From: Myxococcales bacterium
Lineage (GTDB): Bacteria; Myxococcota_A; UBA9042
NCBI GenBank assembly: GCA_037441385.1
Contig: JBBISH010000017.1
Location: forward strand, 8,267-72,266
Length of the DNA: 64,000 nucleotides
Direction of reading: 5' to 3'
The position numbers and the translations under genes are program-made. Below, piece by piece: positions 26,548-41,100 of the stretch. Each line of letters begins with the position of its first letter. Position 1 is the first letter of the stretch. Under the pieces are notes generated by a model. The model ran no database searches. It saw only the letters and a program-made list of their open reading frames with translations, and was not told where the DNA came from.

Positions 26548-29235
26548 CTAGCTCGCCACCGCATCGGCCGGAGGCAGCTCGGCGGGCGGCGCGGCCGGGG
26601 CTTGCGGATGTTGCGGTTCGCTGGCTTTTTGCGCGGCCGTTTGGCGCGTGGGCAGCAGGGCGATGGCGCCACCCAGCAGCATTACAAACGCGCCCAACCA
26701 CAAGAACCCAACGAACGGGAAGACCACCGCTAGCAGGCTGACGTGGCGGCCACCGGCGGCCGGGCGCATCGCCAGGTACAGGTCGTGGGCGATGGTCGAC
26801 TCGATCGCCACCTCGGTGGTGGGCGATTGGTGCTTTTTGTAGTTGCGCACCTCGGGGAACAGGCTGTGGCCCGCCGCGGCCGGGATCACATCCACGCGGC
26901 CTTGGCCGGGCTTGACCTGGGCGCGGGCGTTGAACGCCGCAAAGCGGATGTTGGGCAGCGGTCCGGCCTGCATATCGGTCAGGAATTGCGCGCGCTCTTT
27001 GCCATTTTCAAAGACGACGTCGAAGGTGGGCTGCCCCGGCACGGTGTTGACCTTGACCGGAGTCGGCGCGCCATCCTTGGCCCAATCCTTGAACTCGAAC
27101 ACCACGCGCATCACCGCTTGCGGCGCCACCTGCGCCACTTCCATCACGCGCGTGCCCAGTTGCACGTGCAGCACCTTGTCGTCGGCCAGATCCGCCTTGG
27201 TGGTGACCTTGCCAGCGAGCGTAGGGGCAAACGCGCGGGCGGCAAAGCGTTTGGCCTTCATCGCGTCGGCGAAGTGCAGCTCGACGCGGGCGTGGCCGGG
27301 CTCGGTCTTGACCTCGAATGGGCCATAGGCCTGCGCGGCCTGCTTGGCTTGTTCGATGGCCCGGTCGCTGAGGCGCGCTTCGCGGTCCGTGACCACGACC
27401 TCGGCCTTGGTGAAGGCATAGGCCCCATCGGCCTCGAACCCGTCGGTCGTGCCGGTAAAGGTCACCACATAGCCGCCGATGGGCAGCGCGTCGCCGGGGT
27501 GCAGCGGCACTTCGGGTTGGTAGGTGCGGAACGCTGTGCCGGCAAAGGCCAGAAAACAGAACACCAGGCCCAGGTGCACCACGTAGCCACCGTAGCGGCG
27601 CTTGTTGCGCAGCGTCAGCAGGATCGCCGCTGTCACGTAGTTCTCGCCGTGGGCCTTCTGGCGGGCGCGCGCGCCCACGTGGAATTCGATCAGGATGGTC
27701 CAGAACACGAAGATGCCGAACCACGCGCACACGGCGCCCCATACTTCGGTCATGCCCAAGCTGTCGACGATCGACGTCAGCGCCGGGGAAAAGCCAGTGT
27801 TTTCCCAGATACCCTTGGTATAGGCGCCGTGCAGCAGCCAAGTGGCCGAGATCGCCAACGTGGCCAGCGACGACACGATCAGCGGGCCGCGGAAGTTGCG
27901 CTCGAAGTTCTTGCGGGTCGCCCGGCGCCAGCTGATCAGCGGTCCAACGCCGGTCAATAGCAACAAGAACAAGCCCAGCGGCGTCATCACTCGGTTGAAC
28001 CAAGGCTCGCCCAGCTGGACCTTTTGGGTCAGCGGCTCCATCGGCAACCCGATCGCGGCAAAGGGCGAAATCACCGCGTTGTACAGGTCTTGCACGGCCT
28101 TGGCTTCGCTGATCTGGCCAAAAACCGTGCCCCACAGCACCACAAACGCGCAGCCGACCAGCAGCACGTTGTTGAGGACGAAGAACGATTCGCGACTCCA
28201 CACCGAGTCCAAGTCGGCCTGGGCCTTCAGGCTTTGCCAGCGCACGCCCACCGCGATCGCCGACACCACAACGATGATGGCCATGTAGACCAAGAAGTAG
28301 GGCGCCAAGGTCGAGTCGGCAAAGGCATGCACGGAGTCGATGAGCTGGGATCGCGTGAGGAAGGTGCCGAAAATGGTTAGCAAAAATGTTAGGCACACCA
28401 GCACGGCGTTCCAGCGCTTGAGCATGTCGCGGCGCTCTTGGATCATCACCGAATGCAGAAAGGCGGTGGCCGTGAACCATGGGATAAGACCGGCGTTTTC
28501 GACCGGGTCCCACATCCAGAAACCGCCCCAACCCAGCTCGGTGTAGGCCCACGCGCCGCCCAGGATGAGGCCGAGCGACAAGAACAGCCACGACACCAGC
28601 GTCCACTGCCGCGTATCGCGCAGCCACTGGGCGTCGAGCTGGCCTGTGACGAGCGCGGCCAAGCCGTAGCAGTAGGGAATGGTGAATGCGATGTAACCGG
28701 TGAGAAGGCTTGGCGGATGGATGGCCATCAGCGGGTTTTGCAGCAGCGGGTTCATGCCTTTGCCGTCGTCGGGACCGGCACCTGCGCGGAACACCTCGAA
28801 CGGGTTGGACTCAAAAGCCATGAGCAAGACGAAGAAGAAGATCGCCAGCGACAGAAAACCGGTGACGTATCCCAAGAAACGCGCAGACTGCGAGCGGTTG
28901 CGCAAGATCGACCACGAGCCAAAGCCGGTGAGCGCAGTGGTCCAGAACAGCAGCGCGCCCTTCTCGCCGCCCCAGAATCCGGCGATCAAGTAGGCCAGCG
29001 GCATGTCGATGTCGGTGTAGGACGAGATGTATTTGTTGCGGAAATCGTGGGTAAGCAGCCCGTGCATCAGCACGGCGTCCATGGCAAAAAACAGCATCAG
29101 CGCCACGAGCAGACCTTGCCGCGAGGCCGCGAGCATGCCCGGCGACCGGCGGATGGCGCCGCCCAGGCCCAGCAGACCGTTGCCCAAAGTGACCACGAAA
29201 GCCGTGTAGATTAGCGCTGTTCCTAGTTCGTGCAT
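26548..29235 (-). CDS. ccmF: Cytochrome c biogenesis heme lyase CcmF/NrfE, with a large C-terminal-domain insertion
   Basis: FWGGEKGALLFW, GMNPLLQNPLMAIHPP, GGAWAYTELGWGGFWMWDPVENAG, HS, GTFLTRS, SVHAFA, YGGYVVHLG, PTTEVAI..DLYLA. Start at ATG 29235. Confidence 0.93.
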   Translation of the reverse strand: MHELGTALIYTAFVVTLGNGLLGLGGAIRRSPGMLAASRQGLLVALMLFFAMDAVLMHGLLTHDFRNKYISSYTDIDMPLAYLIAGFWGGEKGALLFWTTALTGFGSWSILRNRSQSARFLGYVTGFLSLAIFFFVLLMAFESNPFEVFRAGAGPDDGKGMNPLLQNPLMAIHPPSLLTGYIAFTIPYCYGLAALVTGQLDAQWLRDTRQWTLVSWLFLSLGLILGGAWAYTELGWGGFWMWDPVENAGLIPWFTATAFLHSVMIQERRDMLKRWNAVLVCLTFLLTIFGTFLTRSQLIDSVHAFADSTLAPYFLVYMAIIVVVSAIAVGVRWQSLKAQADLDSVWSRESFFVLNNVLLVGCAFVVLWGTVFGQISEAKAVQDLYNAVISPFAAIGLPMEPLTQKVQLGEPWFNRVMTPLGLFLLLLTGVGPLISWRRATRKNFERNFRGPLIVSSLATLAISATWLLHGAYTKGIWENTGFSPALTSIVDSLGMTEVWGAVCAWFGIFVFWTILIEFHVGARARQKAHGENYVTAAILLTLRNKRRYGGYVVHLGLVFCFLAFAGTAFRTYQPEVPLHPGDALPIGGYVVTFTGTTDGFEADGAYAFTKAEVVVTDREARLSDRAIEQAKQAAQAYGPFEVKTEPGHARVELHFADAMKAKRFAARAFAPTLAGKVTTKADLADDKVLHVQLGTRVMEVAQVAPQAVMRVVFEFKDWAKDGAPTPVKVNTVPGQPTFDVVFENGKERAQFLTDMQAGPLPNIRFAAFNARAQVKPGQGRVDVIPAAAGHSLFPEVRNYKKHQSPTTEVAIESTIAHDLYLAMRPAAGGRHVSLLAVVFPFVGFLWLGAFVMLLGGAIALLPTRQTAAQKASEPQHPQAPAAPPAELPPADAVAS

Positions 29236-29436
29236 GGTCCCGTCCGCGGACCTGTCGGCCCGCCGGCCGGTAGAGTAGCGGAATCCCGTGCCGCGCCCAA
29301 GTGTGTCCCGCAAAGCACTTGCGCGCAGGCCGAGTTGCACCCCGCCGGCACGCCGCACGCGCTGCATTGTGCTTGACCGCGGCAGCGGCCGACCCGACAC
29401 TACTGGCCGCCCAGACGGGTTCCTTGCCGGGTCGCG

Positions 29437-30165
29437 ATGAGCCAATACCGCTACGATGCGTCGTTTTTTGCCTATACGTCCGCCTCGAACCAAGCCTCTG
29501 CAGAAGCCGTGGTGGCGTTGCTGAAGCAGTGGTTCCCGCACATCGGCACGGTCGTCGATTTTGGCTGTGGGCAAGGGGTGTGGCTCGCGGCCTGGAACGG
29601 TGCCGGCGCGACCGAGGTGCTGGGGCTGGACGGCGACTACGTGGACCGGAGCCAGTTGCGCATCAACTCGGGCCAGTTCCGCGCGACCGACTTGGCGCTC
29701 ATGACGGACTTGGGCCGGCGTTTTGACCTGGTGCAGTCGGTCGAGGTGGCGGAGCACCTGCCGGCAAGTGCCGCCGCCGGCTTTGCCGAAATGCTAGGCA
29801 AGCATGGGGACTTGCTGCTGTTTTCCGCGGCGCCTCCCGGCCAAGGAGGCGAGCACCACGTCAACGAGCAGCCCTACGACTACTGGCGCAAGCTGCTCAG
29901 CGAACAGGGCTTTGTCGCCTATGATTGCATCCGTTCGCGCTTGGCTGGACGTCCGGAAATTCAGCCGTGGTACCGCTACAACTTGGTCCTGTATGCGCGG
30001 CCGAACGTGGCGCTGCCCGAGGCGGTGCGAGTGACCCGAGTGCCAGAAGGTCGAGTGATTCCAGATATTTCGCCCCGACTCTACCAGCTGCGCAAGGCGG
30101 TGGTGCGGCGCATTCCGCCAGCGCTGGCCGATCAGTTGGCACGCTGGAAGGCGCGGCGGGCTTGA
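29437..30165 (+). CDS. Class I SAM-dependent methyltransferase
   Basis: VVDFGCGQGVW motif I, FDLVQSVEVAEHL, FSAAPPGQGGEHHVNEQ. Confidence 0.9.
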   Translation: MSQYRYDASFFAYTSASNQASAEAVVALLKQWFPHIGTVVDFGCGQGVWLAAWNGAGATEVLGLDGDYVDRSQLRINSGQFRATDLALMTDLGRRFDLVQSVEVAEHLPASAAAGFAEMLGKHGDLLLFSAAPPGQGGEHHVNEQPYDYWRKLLSEQGFVAYDCIRSRLAGRPEIQPWYRYNLVLYARPNVALPEAVRVTRVPEGRVIPDISPRLYQLRKAVVRRIPPALADQLARWKARRA

Positions 30166-30228
30166 CACGAACCCGACCTGATCCGAACACGACCTGATAC
30201 GAACCCCACCTGATTCGCGCCTATCCGG
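30166..30228. repeat. Three tandem 16-bp units running into a partial copy of the dispersed repeat
   Basis: CACGAACCCGACCTGA / TCCGAACACGACCTGA / TACGAACCCCACCTGA; 30198-30228 matches 32261-32291 at 28/31. Confidence 0.8.
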
Positions 30229-31247
30229 CTACTCGACCACGTAGGTGGCAACGGGCTCACTGATCCCTTTGAGGCGCACCACGCCGCCTTCGCGGCACCG
30301 CACTTGCTGGCCAACGCGCTGCCACGTGGCAGGGGCCAGAAGGATTTGGCCGGACTGGGCCGCGCCTTCCAAGCGCGACGCCAGGTTGACCACGCGGCCC
30401 ACGGCCGTGTAGCTCATGTTCTGCTCGCTGCCAAAGTTGCCGACCGTACAGGGTCCCGAGGCGATGCCAATTCGCACTTGCACCCCCAACTCGCGGGCGC
30501 AAGCCTGCATGTCGACGGCCATCTGCACGCAGGCCACGGCATCGGCGGCCAGGCCAGCGCTTTCGGGATCGCCAAAGAAGCCCATCACCCCGTCGCCGAT
30601 GAACTTGTCCAACGTGCCACCGTGGCGGCTGATCACGGCGCCCATGCTGGCCAGGAAGTGGTTGAGCCAGATGGCCAGCGCTTCGGGCTCCATCGCCTCG
30701 CTGCGCGGAGTGAATTCGGCGACGTCGGCGAAAAACACTGTAATGTCCCTGGATTTTGCGGTGATCTCGGCGCTGCGCTCGCCGCGAAACAGCGCGGAGT
30801 ACACCGGCGGCGACAAATAGCGAGCCAGCTGATCGGACAGCTGACCCAGCCGATCGCGAGCGCGCTTGAGTTCGATGTGGGTCTGCACCCGTGCCAGCAA
30901 CTCTTCGCCGCAGAACGGCTTGGTGATGTAGTCCACCCCGCCCGCGTCAAAGCCTTGCATCAGGCTGGCGGGGTCATTTTGCGCCGTTAGGAAGATGACC
31001 GGCAGGTTGGCCAGCGCCGGCAGCGCGTGCAAGGCCCGGCACGTCTGGTATCCGTCGAGCTCTGGCATATTGACGTCCATCAAGACCAGGTCCGGCGGGC
31101 TGCGGCCGGCGCTGGTCACGGCATCGCGCCCGCACGCCGCCGCCGACAGGCGATAGCCATGGGGCCGCAACACCGCCGCCAAAACCTGCAGGTTCTGCGG
31201 TGTGTCGTCGACCATCAAGATGCGTGCGGCGTCGTGCTCCGCCGTGA

Positions 31248-31251
<4 letters not shown>
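30229..31251 (-). CDS. Response regulator fused to a class III adenylate cyclase
   Basis: REC (MVDDTPQN, LMDVNMPELDG, FLTA, DYITKP); cyclase (FADVAEFT, DKFIGDGVM, RIGIASG, YTAVGRVVNLASRLE). Confidence 0.93.
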
Positions 31252-35303
<4,052 letters not shown>

Positions 35304-35700
35304 CCCGTCACCGCTGCCCCTGCGGCCCCTGTACCCGCTCCGCGAATCTTGACCGTGCGATCTTGAACTTCTGTTGAGCAGTATGAACTGTGGTGATGCT
35401 GGCGGCAAGTCCATTTCGAAAATTGTCTTGTAATGTCAGTGTTTTGACTGTGAAATGGACGGCGAATCCAAGGTCGCCCCGGGCCGGCGGCCCCAGACCA
35501 AGCGGGCCCCCAAAGGCGACTTTGCTGTCCATGATCCCGCGGTCCACGCAGCCAGTGCCCAGAGCGCTAGTCAGGGTACCAGCGCCACGACCTGGCGGCA
35601 GGCTCGGCGGTCGCAACGGGAGCAAGGCTTTCAGCCTACCAGTAAATAGGTTGACCTGCTTCTACCTTTCGCCAGCCACAGGCCAGGAACACCGCCTGGC

Positions 35701-36019
35701 ATGACTCACCGCCATCAACCCACGGCCCTGCAAACGCTTGCCCCTGCTGCCGAGTTCCTGGATCGGCTTGGCCACGCCGTCAAAGCCACCGCGCCTGGCT
35801 CGACCGCATCAACCACGAGTTCATCTGCCAGACCGGCCAATGCGAAGCCGACGCCCGCAACGACGCCCACACCCGCTGCCTCTTTGGCCAGTGGTACGCG
35901 AGTACTTCCTTGCCGGTGGCCTGCCGATGTCGGCTCAGCAGCTCTTGTATCGGGCCAAGCGGGGTGGTCGCAAACGCGTGGTCGTGGACGACGGCAACGA
36001 CGACCTGCCGAGCAAGTAG
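35701..36019 (+). pseudogene. Degraded CZB-GGDEF (DgcZ-like) diguanylate cyclase remnant
   Basis: Frame 1 MTHR...LGHAVKA; frameshift near 35787 into HRAWLDRINHEFIC...NDAHTRCLFGQWY (CZB H-x-x-W and C-x-FG-x-W); third frame AQQLLYRAKRGGRKRVVV..stop (GGDEF C-terminus); GGDEF core absent. Confidence 0.7.
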
Positions 36020-36106
36020 ACCGCACGCCAACCGCTTGCCATGTCCAACCCGGCCACGCCGACCGGCGACGGGAACCGTTTGGCAGTGGAGCCGACGTGG
36101 CTCGTA

Positions 36107-38131
36107 CTACGCGCTAAAGACCTCGGCCTCGATGGCCTCGATGCGGCTGGCCAGCAATTCCCAATCGCCCATCGCCGCTTCGACCTTGGTCTTCAGTTCT
36201 GCCTGCTCTTGCAGAAGCGAAACCACCTTGGCCCCGTCGCCATACAACCCCGGGTCGGCCTGCAGCAGCAAGATGTCGGCCAAACGCTTCTCGTCCTTGG
36301 CGATCCGCTCTTCGGTCGCGGTCAGGCGCGTCTTCAGGTCCTTGGTGCGGCGGTGCGCCTCTTGCCGGCGGGTCGCTTCGTCGCGTTTGCGCTGCTTTTC
36401 GTCGTCGCGGCTCTCGCTTTTGGCCTCGCCCACGTCGTTGGGCAAGCCGTTGTCTTTGCGGGCGTCCAGCGTGGGCCGATCCACCGCGCCCCCAGCCAAA
36501 AGCCGTTCGAGTTCCTTGGGATCGCCACCGGCCTTGTGGTACAGCCAGGCGTCGTAGTCGCCGTGGTGCAGGGTCGCCTTGCCGCCGGGCTCGATCTCCA
36601 AGACCTTGTCGGCCACCGCGTTGATGAAGTAGCGATCGTGGCTGACGATCACCACCGTCCCCTCAAAGTTGGCCAGGGCCTGTTCCAGCATTTCGCGGGT
36701 CATCAGGTCCAGGTGATTGGTCGGCTCGTCCAGCAGCAGTACGTTGGGCGCACGCAGGACCATCTTGGCCAGCGCCAGGCGGGCTTTTTCGCCGCCCGAC
36801 AGCACCGCCACCTTCTTGTCGACCATCTGGCCAGAAAACCCAAGGCCACCCAACACGCCGCGCACCATCGGCACGGTGCGGTCCAAAGCCGCCCGCCGCG
36901 CCTCTTCGTACACGATGCTACCGGCGTCCAGCTGCTCCAACTGGTGCTGGGCATAGTACTCGCGCACTACTCCGCCTCCGACGATCACCTCGCCGCCCTG
37001 GATATCCGTCACGCCGGCCAGAACCTTGAGCAGCGTCGACTTGCCGGCGCCGTTGGGCCCGACGAGCGCCACCTTGTCGCCACGCCAGATGGTCAGGTTG
37101 CAGTCGGTGTAGACCGGCTTTTCGCCCCAGCTTTTGCGCACATGCTCGGCACGGAGTACCTCTTTGCCGGTGCGCGCCGGCTCGGCGAACTTGAGGCCGA
37201 TGTGGGTGGCGTTGGGGCCGTCGACCTCGACATTCTCTAGGCGGGCCAACATCTTCAGGCGGCTCTGCGCCTGCTTGGCCTTGCTCGCCTTGGAGCGAAA
37301 CCGCTCGACAAAGGCGGCCAGATGGGCGCGCTGGCGGTCGACGCGGGCCTTCTGCGCCACCTGCTGGTCCAGGCGCGCGGCGCGACCATCCAAGAAATCC
37401 TCGTAACCACCGGGGTATTCCTGCACGCCTTTCTTGCTCAGTTCGACGATGTGGGTCGGAACGCGATTGAGGAAGTAGCGGTCGTGGCTCACCGCAACGA
37501 TGGCGCCGGGGTAGTCCTCCAAGAAATCTTCGAACCAGGCCAGGCTCTCCAAGTCCAGGTGGTTGGTCGGCTCATCGAGCAACAGGGCATCGGGACGCTG
37601 CACCAGCAGGCGGGCCAGGGCCACGCGCATCCGCCACCCGCCCGAGAGGGTCAGCACATCGCTGGCAATCGCCGCCCGGTTGAAGCCCAGCCCAGAAAGC
37701 ACGGTATTGGCCCGCACTTCCAGGTCGTCGCCGCCGAGTTCGTCGTAGGCGTGCATGGCCTTGTCCAGGGACTCCAGCGCCGCATCGCTGCCAGCCCAGG
37801 CGTGGTCTTCGGCCATCCGCTCGTGCAGGTCGTGCAGGCGCTGCTTGGCGCGCCCCCACTCGGCCGATCCCGCGAGTACCGCCTGCAAAACCGTACCCGT
37901 TCCAACGTCTTCCACGTCTTGCGGCAGGTAGCCGATCCGCAGCGCCTTGGGCTTTTGCACCGCGCCGCCGTCGGCCTGCAGCTCGCCACAGACGATGCGG
38001 AGCAGGGTGGTCTTGCCGGCGCCGTTGGGCCCCACCAGGCCGTAGCGACGCCGAGGCAGGATCTGCCAGTGCACACCCTCGAACAGCGTCTTGACGCCGT
38101 AGCTTTTCGCCAGGTTTTGTAGCTGAATCAT
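36107..38131 (-). CDS. ABC-F family ATP-binding protein
   Basis: Two ABC domains (GPNGAGKTTL, LSGGWRMR, LLDEPTNHLD; GPNGAGKSTL, LSGGEKAR), no TM helices, C-terminal coiled coil. Start MIQLQNL at 38131. Confidence 0.95.
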   Translation of the reverse strand: MIQLQNLAKSYGVKTLFEGVHWQILPRRRYGLVGPNGAGKTTLLRIVCGELQADGGAVQKPKALRIGYLPQDVEDVGTGTVLQAVLAGSAEWGRAKQRLHDLHERMAEDHAWAGSDAALESLDKAMHAYDELGGDDLEVRANTVLSGLGFNRAAIASDVLTLSGGWRMRVALARLLVQRPDALLLDEPTNHLDLESLAWFEDFLEDYPGAIVAVSHDRYFLNRVPTHIVELSKKGVQEYPGGYEDFLDGRAARLDQQVAQKARVDRQRAHLAAFVERFRSKASKAKQAQSRLKMLARLENVEVDGPNATHIGLKFAEPARTGKEVLRAEHVRKSWGEKPVYTDCNLTIWRGDKVALVGPNGAGKSTLLKVLAGVTDIQGGEVIVGGGVVREYYAQHQLEQLDAGSIVYEEARRAALDRTVPMVRGVLGGLGFSGQMVDKKVAVLSGGEKARLALAKMVLRAPNVLLLDEPTNHLDLMTREMLEQALANFEGTVVIVSHDRYFINAVADKVLEIEPGGKATLHHGDYDAWLYHKAGGDPKELERLLAGGAVDRPTLDARKDNGLPNDVGEAKSESRDDEKQRKRDEATRRQEAHRRTKDLKTRLTATEERIAKDEKRLADILLLQADPGLYGDGAKVVSLLQEQAELKTKVEAAMGDWELLASRIEAIEAEVFSA

Positions 38132-38157
38132 GTTGTTGAGTCTGCTTGGTGGGGTCG

Positions 38158-41100
38158 CTATGGCCGATTGGCGATCGGATAGCCCACGCACATTGGGCCG
38201 GTCTGGCCCGCCAGTGACGGCCAGCCACACTTTTGCGAGCGCGGCGTCCGCTGCGGGATCCGCACCCAATCGGCGGTGTTGTTGCCGGCAGGCCAGAGCC
38301 CTGTGTCGAACCCAGCGCCGCAGTAGAAGGCCGGCTTGCCTGGATCGCCATAGTCGGCGGCCGGGCCGGCGCACAGACTCTTTCGGCGGAGCGCGCCGCC
38401 CTGGCCGTCGCCACACGTGGCGGAAACTTGAGGCTCGGCGGGGGCTTTGCCTTCGGCTTTGGCGGCGGCAGCGCTGCCCCACGCCAGCCGATCGAAGTCC
38501 GTGTTGGCGGTGTTGGCCAGACGCAGCGCACCACTCGCGCTGGGCAAGCTGAAAGACTTGCCCGACTGGAAGTCCGGCGTGGGCAACGAGGCATCGTAGT
38601 TGAGGGGTACCACCAAGAAGTAGCTGTACGGCGCGATGCTGCCGATGAGCGGCTTGCCCGTGAGCATCGTGTCGGTGAGCGGAGTTTGCTGCACGTCGGT
38701 CGGGTTCTGCATCTGCAGCACCATCGCCGCGTCCAGCGAGGTCTTGCCGTTCACCGTCACCGAGTGTGACAGCTGGATGGTGCTGGGCGACGGGTTGTAC
38801 AGCACGATGTACTCGTTGTCGGCGGCCAACAGCGGATTGCCCTTCTGGTTGGTCGCGGCTGGTCCCTCCGTCGCCACTTCGGCCAGGATGACCCTCAGAT
38901 CGCACTTGAGGGTCTTGGGGTTGCAGCCATAGCCCATGTCGCACGGTACGCCGCACAGCGGATCGACGCACTGTTCGGACGCGCCCCCCAAGTAGTTGCA
39001 GACCAGGCCGTTGGCGCACGTCCCCAAGCACGCCGGCTCGTACACGCCCGAAGCCAGGGTTTGCGGCGTGGGATCGGCCACGATGAAGTCGGTGCTGTCG
39101 TTGTTGGAGTCCAGCGTGTTGCCGGCCAGATCGGCGCCGCCGCCGGGGGCCATGGTGGCGGCCGTCGCGCCCAGCTTGGCCTTGCGCTCTAGACTGCTGC
39201 CCAAATCGGCCACGGGGCTGGCGGCTTTGTACTGCGGACCGATACCGGCGTTGCTGAAGGTGACCGCCGTGCCCCAGCCGAGCAGGTCCAACTCCGTGTC
39301 CGAGCTGGGGTCGTAGATGCGCAGCGCTCCTCCCGCCGGGTCCAGAGCGCTGGCCGTTGCTGGGATCAGGTCGACCTGACCGTGGACGCGCGCCCAGGCT
39401 TGCGAGCCGATCAGGTAGTAGTGCTTGGCCGCCAGAACCGTGCCCGCAGGGATCGCGACCACGTTGACGATCCAGGGCTTGAAGGCCTCTACGTCGGCGT
39501 CCTTCTTCTGCACTTGCCAACCGCTGATATTAACTGGCTTGCTGCTGGCGTTGTAGAGCTCGATGTACTGCTCGCCATCGGTGCCAAAGTACAATTCGCT
39601 GATGAGCACCGAACCAGTTGGATCGGGGATGCAGACCATGGTGCCGTTGCCGCAGACCTTGCCGGAACCGCAGCCAAGGGCGCCAGTCACGCCAAAGGAC
39701 TCGCATTCCAGGTCGTCGATGCACTTCTGGCTAACGGACGAGAAGTTGCACACCTTGCCCAGCGAGCAGGTACCGCTGCAGGCGGGCTCGAACTTGCCGG
39801 CGACCAGGCTCTGCGGCTCGGGCCACAAGCGCACCAAGAAGTCGTCGGCGTCTTTGCCGGTGTCGTAGCCATTGCCTGCCAGCCACTCGGGCCGGTGCGG
39901 CGCCATCGACGACGCCTCGCTTTGGGCGCTGGCGTGCCGTTCGATCGAGGTGTAGGCCGGCCAGCCCACTTCGGATGCGTCGACCGGCGCCATGCCCACC
40001 GGCACCACCGCCGCCTGCCCATCGTCCCAGTTCAGCCGGTCGTGTTCCAGTTCGTGGGCCACGTCGCGCAAGCGCAGCTGCAGGTGGCGAAGCGAGTCCA
40101 CGCTGCAGCCAGCCTTGCCGGGCAGATTCTTGAGCGGCATCGCGAGCTTGAACGTGCTCGCCGCTGTGACATCGACCGTCACGCCGCCCTGGGCCACGGC
40201 CCCCGCGCCGAACAGCACATACCGGTGCGGCGGCAGCGAGGTGCCCGGCTTGCCCTTGGCCAACTGGGTCCAAGGATCCTTGGTGTTGGCGTCAAAGGGC
40301 CGTGCTTCCAACACGTAGTCGCCCAGTTGGGCCGTGCTTTCGGTGGGGTTGAAGATTTCGACCCAGTCGTCCGTGGCGTCGGCTGGGTTGCCGACGAAGA
40401 CCTCGCTGACGACCAGGTGCAGGCCGCCTTTGAAGGCGCAGGTGGGGGTCACGTCGGTGCTGCAGTCGGCAAAGGCGCCGCAGTCGCCGGCCACCGGCTT
40501 GTAGACGCAGCCGCTCCCGGGCACACAAGCGTCGGTGGTGCAAACGTTTTCGTCGTTGCAGTCGGTGGGCGTGCCTTTGCAGACGCCGGTGCTGCAGGCG
40601 TCGTTGTCCGTGCAGGGGTCCTTGTCGTCGCAGACGGCCTGGGTGGCCGTGTGGCTGCAGCCCGTGACCTTGTCGCACGCGTCTTGGGTGCAGGCGTTGT
40701 CATCGTCGCACGAAGTCTGGGTGACTCCAGTACAAATGGTGACCTGGCACACGTCGCCGGTGGTGCAGGCATTGCCGTCGTTGCACACCTTGCCGTCCAG
40801 GGGCAGCTTGTTCTCGCAGCCCAGCTTGCCGCCGCCCGCGGGCAGGGTGGTCGCCGTGGGGTTGCACGGAATATCGATGCACGGTTCGCTGGTGGTACAC
40901 ACCTTGGTGTCGCCCGGCTTGCAGCTGCCAGCGCCGTCGCAGTGATCCTGCACAAAGTTGCCGCTTTGCGTGCTGTCGCCGGTGCAGGCGTTGCCGTCGT
41001 CGCACGGCGTCGTGTTGTCGGCCGGCGTGTGCGTGCATCCCAGGGATTTGTCGCAACTGTCGGCGGTGCAAGCATTCTTGTCGTCGCAGTTGATCGCGTC

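Noticed and set aside
29236..29757. N-terminal extension of the ccmF ORF
   Set aside because: Overlaps the divergent methyltransferase gene; CcmF homology starts at MHELG (29235).
38132..39520. Apparent ~460-aa N-terminal extension of the ABC-F protein
   Set aside because: Out-of-frame overlap with the giant lipoprotein gene; Arg/Gly-rich; the ABC domain starts at MIQLQNL (38131).
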